The notes beneath the pieces are model-generated. The model was not told the origin of the DNA and ran no database searches. It was given only the letters and a program-made list of their open reading frames with translations. From an uncultured Thermoleophilia bacterium (GTDB taxonomy: Bacteria; Actinomycetota; Thermoleophilia; UBA2241): a stretch of DNA of 64,000 bases. The DNA lies in NCBI GenBank assembly GCA_963702475.1, contig CAVPCT010000003.1, positions 992,001-1,056,000 on the forward strand, written 5' to 3'. Positions 22,521-31,278 of the stretch are shown in pieces. Position 1 is the stretch's first letter; each line of letters opens with the position of its first letter. The translations under genes and the position numbers were made by a program.

Positions 22521-24544
22521 ATGCGTCCGTTGGACCTCGCCGGGCGTTGCGTGCGCGGTCCTCGCACTCGTCCTGCTGCTGGTGCAGGGCGCCGGCCCAG
22601 CTGCGGCGCGGCCGGCACAGTGGGCCGGGGAGGAGGCGAGAGTGTCCGCGTCGGGTCCGCCGGCGCCCCGGACGACCTTCAAGGTGGATCGCCTGGACTC
22701 CGCCCTCGCCGAACTGGCCGCCGTCGCGAAGGGGCGGGGGTCCGCGGCGGCCGCGCGGTTCGGAGCCAGCCGCGACCTGGCGTTGGCCGGCGGCCGTGTG
22801 CTCGTCAGCATCGAGGCCAGGGATCGGCGGCCCGGATCCGTGGCGCTCGTGCGCCGGGCCGTCGCCGGATGCGGCGGCGACGTGCTGGCGGTGTACCGCG
22901 AGCTGGTGTCCGCACGCGTGCCGGCCGGAGGGCTCAGGCGCCTCGCCGCGGCGCAGGGCGTGCGCGCGGTGCGCGTGCCGGATCGCGCCGTGGCCGAAGC
23001 CGTCAGTGAAGGCGTCGCCGACATGGCTGCCGGCGTGTGGGCCGCTGCCGGGTTCGACGGCCGCGGCGTCAGGGTCGGCATCATCGACGCCGGCTTCAAG
23101 GGCTATCAGGGGCTGCTCGGCTCGGAGTTGCCGGATGACGTCACGATCTGGGGGCAGGGCTCGGGCGGTGTCGAGGGCGGCACCGACACCGACACGCACG
23201 GCACGTCGGTCGCAGAGGTGATCCATGATGTAGCTCCCGGAGCCGAGCTCTACTTCGCGCGCGCCCGGGGCACTGAGGAGTTCGGCCTCGCCGTGGACTG
23301 GATGCTGGCTTCAGGGTGTCGAGGTCATCAATCACTCGATGTCGCGCTTCGGCTGGGGCAACAGCGGCACCGGGCCGGTCAACGAGATCGTCAGCGGCGC
23401 AGTCGCCGGCGACGTCTTCTGGGCGAACAGCGCCGGCAACTACCGGCGCGCTCACTGGAAAGGGGACTTCGCCGACCCTGACGGCGACTCCTGGCTGGAT
23501 TGGGACGGAGTGCCGGGGCACGACGTCAACACCTTCATCGTCCGCGAGGGCACCGACATCACGGGATACCTCTGGTGGGACGATTCGTGGGCGGCTCCTG
23601 TGCAGGACTACGAGCTGCTGCTGATGCGCTGGGACGGCACGCGATGGGTCGAGCTCGCCAGGTCCACCAACGACCAGTCGGGACTCCAGGGCCAGCGGCC
23701 CTACGAGCTAGTCTACGTCGCTTCGGCCCCTGCATGGACGCACTACGCCTGGATGATCTTCCGGGCGGCGGCCTCGCGCACCGACGTGGACTTCGACCTC
23801 GTCTGCCCGGACATCTACCTCGACAGCTCCAACAACACGTGGGCCCACTACTACGTCCACGAGCGGTCCATCGGCTCGCCTGCCGACAACGCTTCCGCCG
23901 GGTTCATGCCGGTCGCGGCTGTGCTGAGAGGGCCCGGCTTCGCGGTGGCGGACTACAGCTCGCAGGGTCCGACGCGCGACGGCCGCCTGGCGCCGGAGGT
24001 GTCGGGGCCGACCTATGTCACCAACGTGTCCGATCCCACGCCGCCGTTCGCCGGCACGTCGGCCGCGAGCCCGCACATCGCCGGGCTCGCCGCGATCCTG
24101 CGGCAGGCGTACCCGTCGTACTCGGCGGCGCAGATCGAGGAACTCATCAAGGCCGGGGCGTTGGATCTCGGCGTGGCCGGCCCGGACACCGTGTACGGCT
24201 GGGGCCGGGTCCTGCTGCCGGCGGTGCCGGCAGACACCACGCCGCCGACGACCACGGCGCAGCCCGCCCGGGTGAAGAGAGGGCAGACGGCCGCACTGGA
24301 CTACCGCGTCGACGACCCGGGCTTCAGCGCCGGTCCGGCGACCGTGACCATCGTCATCCGGAACAGCAAGGGCAAGGTCGTCAAGAAGCTCGGTCCGTTC
24401 GCGGAGAACCTGATGTGCGTGGACTACGCGTGGCAGTTCACCTGCAGACTGGCCAAAGGCACGTACCAGTTCTCCGTCCTGGCCACCGACGCCGCGGGGA
24501 ACGCGGCGATCCAGGTCGGCAGCGCCAAGCTGGTGGTGAAGTAG
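22521..24544 (+). CDS. Secreted S8 subtilase with C-terminal Ig-like domain, frameshifts near 22550 and 23315
   Basis: Triad GIIDAG / HGTSVA / GTSAASP, oxyanion SAGN, signal-like N-terminus. Confidence 0.88.
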
Positions 24545-24726
24545 CGGGCAGCCGAGCTCGGAGGCTCGCGATCCCGGGGATGCCCTGTGCGGGCGTGAGG
24601 TCATCGCCTGCCCGCCTGTGCGTCCGGCGCGGCCGCGTTGCCCGCCGCGCCGCCGCGGCATACACTTCTACGTTCCGAGCGCAGCCAGCCGCCCGACCGA
24701 TTCCGGGCGCCCCAAGGAGGACACGC

Positions 24727-25732
24727 ATGTACTACGACAAGGACGCCGACCTCTCCCTGATCCAGAGCAAGACCGTGGCCATCATCGGCTTCGGCAGCCA
24801 GGGCCACGCGCACGCGCAGAACCTGCGCGACAGCGGCGTCACCGTGGTGATCAGTGAGCTGAAGGGCACTCCCAACGGCGAGCGCGCCGAGAAGGCGGGC
24901 TTCGAGGTGCTGGACGCGGCCGAGGCCACCAGGCGGGCCGACGTGGTCATGATGCTCGTGCCCGACCAGACGCAGGCCGTCGTCTACAAGAACGACGTGG
25001 CGTCCGAACCTCAAGGACGGCGCCACGCTCATGTTCGCGCACGGCTTCAACATCCACTTCGGGCAGATCGTGCCGCCCAAGTCGGTGGACGTGAGCATGG
25101 TCGCGCCCAAGGGTCCCGGCCATCTCGTGCGTCGCCAGTACGAAGAGGGCAAGGGCGTGCCGGTCGCGATCGCCGTGTATCAGGACGCCAGCGGCAAGGC
25201 CATGCAGCAGGCGCTGGCCTACGCCGCCGGCATCGGCGGCCTGCGCGCCGGCGGCCTCGAGACCACCTTCGCCGAGGAGACAGAGACCGACCTCTTCGGC
25301 GAGCAGGCCGTGCTCTGTGGCGGGTGCACCGAGCTCGTCACCGCCGCCTTCGACACGCTGGTGGAGGCCGGCTACCAGCCGGAGGTCGCCTACTTCGAGT
25401 GCCTGCACGAGCTCAAGCTCATCGTCGACCTGATGCAGGAGAAGGGCATCGCCGGCATGCGCTACAGCATCAGCGACACGGCGGAGTACGGCGACCTCAC
25501 GCGCGGCCCGCGGGTCATCGACGAGCACGTGCGTGAGACCATGCGCGAGATCCTCGCCGAGGTCCAGAGCGGCGAGTTCGCGCGCGAGTGGATCCTCGAG
25601 AACCAGGCCAACCGGCCGGTGTTCAACGCGCTGCAGCGCCAGGGCAAGGAGCACCTCATCGAGACTGTGGGCAAGGAGCTCCGCGGCATGATGAGCTGGA
25701 TCGACGAGGGCGGCCTGGACATCGACGTCTGA
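24727..25732 (+). CDS. ilvC: Ketol-acid reductoisomerase, frameshift near 25000
   Basis: [44 protein letters not shown]. Confidence 0.96.
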
Positions 25733-25751
25733 GGCTCGCCCGGGCGGAGCG

Positions 25752-25792
25752 ACGGGGCGGCGGGGAGCCGAAAGCGCTCCCCGCCGCCCCGT
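25752..25792. terminator. Hairpin terminator between convergent ilvC and VOC genes
   Basis: 17-bp stem acggggcggcggggagc / gctccccgccgccccgt with a GAAA-containing loop. Confidence 0.8.
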
Positions 25793-25816
25793 GCTCGTTC
25801 CGCTCCCGATCCCGCC

Positions 25817-26224
25817 TTACGCGGCGTTGCGAAGCGCCTCCGCGATGTCCGGCGCGATGGCGAGCGTGTTGCCCTCGCTGTCCTTGAAGAACGCGCCCTT
25901 GTTGCCGCCCATGTCGACGATGCCGTTCACCGTCTTGAGGCCCGGCAGGTCGTACTCCTCGAACGTGACGCCCCGCTCGCGGAGCTCTCGGACCGCCTCT
26001 TCGACGTCCGGCACCGAGAACGAGGCGACGGTGTTCTCGCCGCGCCTGAACTCGGTCTTGTACAGGAAGATGTAGCTGCTCGAGCCGGCCTGGACGACCG
26101 CGCTGTCGGGGTAGTCGTCCGACTTGCGGACCTCGAAGCCGAGCTTGTCACGGTAGAACGTCGTCGCGCGCTCGAGGTCGTCGACGGCGAGTACCGGCAT
26201 GATCGATGAATCCCTGAAGCTCAT
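25817..26224 (-). CDS. VOC (glyoxalase/bleomycin resistance) family protein
   Basis: LAVDDLERATTFYRDKLG...AFFKDSEGN; AGGAG RBS. Confidence 0.9.
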   Translation of the reverse strand: MSFRDSSIMPVLAVDDLERATTFYRDKLGFEVRKSDDYPDSAVVQAGSSSYIFLYKTEFRRGENTVASFSVPDVEEAVRELRERGVTFEEYDLPGLKTVNGIVDMGGNKGAFFKDSEGNTLAIAPDIAEALRNAA

Positions 26225-26464
26225 GGTCACTCCTCTGCTATGGGACGGACGGAGTGTTCCCCGGGCCACCGGCCGTCAAGCCGTCGCGCATCCGTGCGGC
26301 GGGCAGGGAGCGACCATGGGCGCCGCACGGGCCGCGTGCAGTGGACGCTGACCGTAGCGGTGGTCTAGCCTTGCGGGGAGGCGGCGCCGTCGTGGGCACC
26401 GCCGGGACGTGGACGCAACGGACACACGGCGCCCGGTGACGGGCGCCGTCACCGGGGGGCTGGG

Positions 26465-28015
26465 ATGAGCGCGACACAGAGGGTCTTGCTGCTGGGAGAC
26501 GTGGCGTCCGAGGGCGCCGTAGCGCTGGCCGGGGCCGGGGTGACGGTCGATGAGGGCGGCGCCTGGAGCGGCGCGCAGGTCCTCGCCCGCCTCGCGGAGT
26601 ACGACGCGCTCATCGTGGGCCCCCGCGAACCTGTGTCCGCGGCGCTGCTCCAGGCCGGCGTCCGGCTGCGCGTGGTCGGACGGGCCGGCGTCGACGTCGA
26701 GGGCATCGACGTGGACGAGGCCACACGGCGCGGGATCATCGTCGTGCACGCTCCGGGCAGCGACGTCGCCGCGCGCGCCGAGCTCTCGCTGGCGATGCTG
26801 CTCGCCTGCGCCCGGGGCGTGGCGCGGACGGACGCCGGGCTGCGCGCCGGCGAGGCGTCCGGCGCGCCCGAGGCCGTCGAGCTCCGCGGCAGGACGCTCG
26901 GGCTAGCCGGCCTCGACGGCTGCTCGGAGGCGCTGGCCGAGGCGGCGCAGGGGTTGCGCATGGCCGTCGTGGCCTGCGGCGCCCGCGATACCGCGCCGCC
27001 GGCACTGGCGGCCGACCTCGTGACCGCCGGTGATGTGTACGCCGCGTCCGACTTCATCGTCGCGGCCGCAGGCGCGGGCGTGCTCGGCGACGAGGCGTTC
27101 TCCGCGATGAAGCCCGGCGTGCGCCTGGTTGTGCCGGGCGCCGTCATCGACACGCCGGCCCTGGCGCGGGCGCTCGCGAACGGCCGCGTGGCCGCCGCGG
27201 CCGTCGGCGTCGGGCTCGGCGACCACGAGGTCGTGCGCGCGCTCGCCGGCCTCGCCGGCGTGACGTTCTACGACGTCGCCGGCGGCTCGACGCGCGACGC
27301 GCGCGTGCGCGCGGCTACCGCCGTGGCCGAGGCCGTCGCGGCCGCGCTCTGCGGCGGCTTCCCCGCCGGCGCCGTCAACGTACCGGTGGCGGCCGGCGAC
27401 GACGCCGCCGAGCTCATGCCCTACGTCGGCCTCTGCGACCGGCTGGGCCGCCTGCTCGTGCAGCTCTCGGGCGGCCCCGTCGGCGCCGTCGACATCACCT
27501 ACGGCGGCAGCGTGGCGTACTTCGACACCGGGCTGCTCACGCTGGGCGTGCTCGGGGGCGTGCTCTCCGGGCGCGTCGAGGGGCCCGTGAACTTCGTGAA
27601 CGCCCAGGACCACGCCCGGGCGCTGGGCGTGACCGCCACCGAGCACCGGCAGTCGGACATCCCCGACTTCCCACGCCTCATCACAGTGAGCGCCGGCGAC
27701 GTCTCCGTCTCCGGCACGTCGCTGGGACCCGAGCACAAACCGCGGCTGGTGCGCGTGTTCGGGGAGGACGTGGACATCGAGCCGGCGCCGCTCATGGCCT
27801 TTCTGCGGTACCACGACGCCGCCGGCATCGGCGGCAAAGTCGGCACGCTCCTCGGAGAGTGGCGCGTCAACATCGCCCACATGTCCGTCGGGCGCGGCCG
27901 CCGCGGCGACGAGGCCGTCATGGCGCTCACGCTCGACCAGCCGCTGACGCCGGCCCAGGCCGCCGACCTGGTGCTGCGCTGCGGCCTGCTCTACGCGCGT
28001 TCGGTCGAGCTGTAG
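26465..28015 (+). CDS. SerA (PGDH) paralog with degenerate catalytic/NAD sites and intact ASB-ACT domains
   Basis: Colinear with SerA at 29543 along its full length; catalytic motifs replaced. Confidence 0.85.
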   Translation: MSATQRVLLLGDVASEGAVALAGAGVTVDEGGAWSGAQVLARLAEYDALIVGPREPVSAALLQAGVRLRVVGRAGVDVEGIDVDEATRRGIIVVHAPGSDVAARAELSLAMLLACARGVARTDAGLRAGEASGAPEAVELRGRTLGLAGLDGCSEALAEAAQGLRMAVVACGARDTAPPALAADLVTAGDVYAASDFIVAAAGAGVLGDEAFSAMKPGVRLVVPGAVIDTPALARALANGRVAAAAVGVGLGDHEVVRALAGLAGVTFYDVAGGSTRDARVRAATAVAEAVAAALCGGFPAGAVNVPVAAGDDAAELMPYVGLCDRLGRLLVQLSGGPVGAVDITYGGSVAYFDTGLLTLGVLGGVLSGRVEGPVNFVNAQDHARALGVTATEHRQSDIPDFPRLITVSAGDVSVSGTSLGPEHKPRLVRVFGEDVDIEPAPLMAFLRYHDAAGIGGKVGTLLGEWRVNIAHMSVGRGRRGDEAVMALTLDQPLTPAQAADLVLRCGLLYARSVEL

Positions 28016-28074
28016 CGGCCGCGACCCCGTGCGGCCACTCGCCGGCGCGGGCTGTGAATCCCGTCACTACCGGG

Positions 28075-28103
28075 TGGACACCGTCGCTACGGTCGGGTAA
28101 AGT
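28075..28103 (+). promoter_or_regulatory. Sigma70-type promoter
   Basis: TGGACA-17 nt-TAAAGT, with ATG 7 nt downstream. Confidence 0.55.
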
Positions 28104-28110
28104 GCCCGCC

Positions 28111-28140
28111 ATGCGTGAGTCCAGACATCGCCCGTCGTGA
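28111..28140 (+). CDS. Putative leaderless 9-aa peptide MRESRHRPS
   Basis: ATG at the predicted TSS; stop immediately followed by a 21-bp hairpin. Confidence 0.4.
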   Translation: MRESRHRPS

Positions 28141-28187
28141 CGGCTGGAGCGGGCGGGGCAGTGAAGCTGCCCCGCCCGCTCCAGCCG
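28141..28187 (+). terminator. Perfect 21-bp hairpin
   Basis: cggctggagcgggcggggcag-tgaag-ctgccccgcccgctccagccg. Confidence 0.75.
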
Positions 28188-28268
28188 GCTCCCGCACCTC
28201 ACCACGAAGCTCCCCTCCGCCTGCGGCCGGTGCGCCTCTTGCCGCGCCTCACCATCCATCGATCGCCC

Positions 28269-28297
28269 TTGTGACGCTTCCCTGCGGCCTGTAGACT
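28269..28297 (+). promoter_or_regulatory. Promoter for aminotransferase-serA
   Basis: TTGTGA-17 nt-TAGACT. Confidence 0.5.
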
Positions 28298-28370
28298 GCC
28301 GCCTTTCCGCTTCGTCCTCGCCGGCGATCCACCAGGATGTGGGCGCCGCTGTCACAAGAAAGGACCACCG

Positions 28371-29532
28371 ATGCAGAAGCGCTTCCTCATCACTCCGGGC
28401 CCTACTCCCGTGCCGCCCGAGGTGCTCTCCGCCCTCGCCGAGCCGGTCATCCACCACCGTGCACCGCGGTTCACCGAGATCCTCAAGCAGGTCGTCGCGG
28501 GGATGAAGTACATCTACCAGACGCAGAACGACATCATGGTGTACGCCGCCAGCGGGACCGGCGCCATGGAAGCCGCCGTCACCAACGTCGTGAACCCGGG
28601 CGACCACGTGCTCGTCGCGTCCGTCGGCAATTTCGGCGAGCGCTGGAAGAAACTCAACGCCAACTGGGGCGCCGAGGTGACCGCCCTCGACTACGCGTGG
28701 GGCACCCAGGCCGTGCCGGCCGACATCGAGAAGGCGCTCGCCGCCGACCCGGCCATCAAGGCCGTGTTCGTGCAGCACAGTGAGACGTCCACCGGCGTCG
28801 TCAACGACATAGAGGCCATCGGCGACGATCGTCGCCAGGACGCCGGCGATCCTCGTGGTCGACGCTATCAGCGGCCTCGGCGCCAGCGATCTCAAGACCG
28901 ACGCGTGGCACGTGGACATCTGCGTCTCCGGCTCTCAGAAGGCCCTCATGGTGCCGCCGGGCCTCGCCTACGCGGCCGTGAGCGACAAGGCGTGGGCCGT
29001 GATCGAGCAGTGCACCACGCCGCGCTTCTACTTCGATTTCGTCGCCATGCGCAAGAAGATGACCGGCGACTCCGCCCAGACCCCGTACACCCCGGCCGTG
29101 AACCTCATGGTCGCGCAGAACGCCGCCATCGACCTGATCAAGGAAGAGGGCCTCGAGAACGTGTTCGAGCGACATCGGGTGCTCGGCAAGGCCGCCCGTG
29201 AGGGCGTCAAGGCGCTCGGTCTCGAGCTGTTCGCCGTCGAGGACCCCGAGGCCAACTCCGTGACCTCCGTCAAGGTGCCCGAGGGCGTGGACGGCGGCAA
29301 GATCGGCAAGATCGCCCGCGACAAGTACGGCGTGTGGCTGGCCGGCGGCCAGGGCGAGGTCAAGGGCAAGATCTTCCGCTTCGGCCACTGCGGCTACTTC
29401 GGCCACAGCGACATCGTCGTGGGCCTCAGCACCGTCGAGATGGTCCTCGCCGAGCTCGGGTACGACGTCAAGTGGGGCGCCTCCGTCGGCGCCGCGGAAC
29501 AGGTGTTCATGACGAGCACCGTCATGCTGTGA
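28371..29532 (+). CDS. Class V aminotransferase (AGAT/serine-pyruvate type, probable phosphoserine aminotransferase), frameshift near 28830
   Basis: ITPGPTPVP, SGTGAMEA, HSETSTG, DAISGLG, SGSQKALM; directly upstream of serA. Confidence 0.9.
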
Positions 29533-29542
29533 GGGCTGACGA

Positions 29543-31147
29543 ATGAGCGCTGAACAGAAGAAGGTCCTCGTCAAAGAGAAGCTCGCCCCCGAGGGTGTGA
29601 AGTTCCTCGAGGACCGGGGCTTCCAGGTCGACATCGGCACGGAGTGGGACGCCGACGAGCTGCTCGCCCGGATCCCTGAGTACCACGGCCTCATCATCCG
29701 CTCGGCCACGAAGGTGACGGCCGACGTGATCCAGGCCGGCGCGAACCTGCAGGTGGTGGGCCGCGCCGGTGTGGGCGTCGACAACGTCGACGTCAAGGAG
29801 GCCTCCAGGCGCGGCGTCATCGTCGTCAACGCGCCGCAGAGCAACGTGCTCAGCGCCGCCGAGCAGACGATCGCCCTGCTCATGGCCAGCGCCCGCAACC
29901 TCGCCCAGGCGCACGCCGACCTCAAGGCCGGCGAGTGGAACAAGGGCAAGTGGGGCAAGGGCGGCGTCGAGGTGCGCGGCAAGACGCTGGGCATCATCGG
30001 CCTCGGCCGCATCGGCTTCCTCGTCGCCGAGGACGCTCGCGGCCTCGGCATGGACGTGCTCGCCTACGACCCGTTCGTGCCGGCGGAGAAGTTCCACGAG
30101 CTGGGGCTCGAGCGTGCCGACAGCCCGGACAAGATCTACCGTGAGGCCGACTTCATCACGGTGCACCTGCCCAAGAACGCCGAGACCCTCGGCTTCATCG
30201 GCGACGACGAGTTCGCCAAGATGAAGGACGGCGTGCGCGTCATCAACGTGGCGCGCGGCGGCATCATCGACGAAGAGGCCTGGGCGCGCGCCATCGAGAG
30301 CGGCAAGGTGGCCGCCTCCGCCGTGGACGTGTACCCCAAGGAGCCCACCACCGAGAGCCCGCTGTTCAAGTACGACAGCGTGGTGTGCACGCCGCACCTC
30401 GGCGCCAGCACGGTGGAGGCGCAGCTCCGCGCCGGCATGATCATCGCCGAGCAGGTCGCGGCGGTGCTCAGCGGCCAGTTCGCCAGCAACGCCGTCAACA
30501 TCCCGCTGGCGCCCGGCGAAGACGCCGACGAGCTCATGCCGTTCCTCGGCCTCGCCGAGCAGCTCGGCAAGCTCATCGTGCAGATCGCCGAGGGCCCCGT
30601 GGACACGTTCGAGGTGGCCTACGGCGGCGGCATCGCCCGCTACGACACCAAGATCCTCACGCTCGGCGTGCTGCAGGGTATCCTCGCCGACAAGGTCGAC
30701 GGCCCGGTGAACTTCGTCAACGTGCAGGGCATCGCCGACGAGCGCGGCATCAGCGCCAAGGAGACCAAGCAGCCGGCCGCCGTGGACTTCCTGAACCTGA
30801 TCACGGTGACCACGTACGACAAGGAGCGCGAGCTCTCCGTGTCGGGCACCACGCTCGGGCCGAAGCACAGGCCGCGCCTCGTCAAGGTCTACCGCCAGGA
30901 TGTGGACATCGAGCCGGCGCCGCACATGGTGTTCTTCCGCTACGCCGACGTGCCCGGCATGATCGGCAAGATCGGCACCAAGCTCGGTGAGTTCGGCATC
31001 AACATAGGGCAGATGGCCGTGGGCCGCGAGGTCAAGGACCAGAAGGCCGTGATGGCGCTCACCGTCGACGATCCCATCACGCCGGAGCAGCTGCAGGAGA
31101 TGGTCGCCAGCTGCGGCCTCGCCGACGGGCACCGCGCGGAGCTCTGA
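29543..31147 (+). CDS. serA: D-3-phosphoglycerate dehydrogenase (type I, ASB plus ACT)
   Basis: IRS, GRAGVGVDN, GLGRIG, YDP, NVARGG, DVYPKEP, TPHLGAST. Confidence 0.97.
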   Translation: MSAEQKKVLVKEKLAPEGVKFLEDRGFQVDIGTEWDADELLARIPEYHGLIIRSATKVTADVIQAGANLQVVGRAGVGVDNVDVKEASRRGVIVVNAPQSNVLSAAEQTIALLMASARNLAQAHADLKAGEWNKGKWGKGGVEVRGKTLGIIGLGRIGFLVAEDARGLGMDVLAYDPFVPAEKFHELGLERADSPDKIYREADFITVHLPKNAETLGFIGDDEFAKMKDGVRVINVARGGIIDEEAWARAIESGKVAASAVDVYPKEPTTESPLFKYDSVVCTPHLGASTVEAQLRAGMIIAEQVAAVLSGQFASNAVNIPLAPGEDADELMPFLGLAEQLGKLIVQIAEGPVDTFEVAYGGGIARYDTKILTLGVLQGILADKVDGPVNFVNVQGIADERGISAKETKQPAAVDFLNLITVTTYDKERELSVSGTTLGPKHRPRLVKVYRQDVDIEPAPHMVFFRYADVPGMIGKIGTKLGEFGINIGQMAVGREVKDQKAVMALTVDDPITPEQLQEMVASCGLADGHRAEL

Positions 31148-31171
31148 GCAGCACCCACGCTGTGAGATCTT

Positions 31172-31215
31172 GAGGCCGGGGCCGGCCGCCCGTGAGGGCG
31201 GCCGGCCCCGGCCTC
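31172..31215. terminator. Bidirectional hairpin terminator
   Basis: Perfect 20-bp stem with GTGA loop between convergent genes. Confidence 0.8.
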
Positions 31216-31278
31216 GTTCGTGCGGCGTGCGGGCCGTCGCCGCGCGCTGGGGCGGGCGAAGGCAGGCAGTCGCCTTGG

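Noticed and set aside
24727-25732. Programmed frameshifting or pseudogenes in ilvC, the aminotransferase, cimA and the Cys/Met lyase
   Set aside because: No slippery heptamers or decay seen; single indels in conserved genes fit sequencing error
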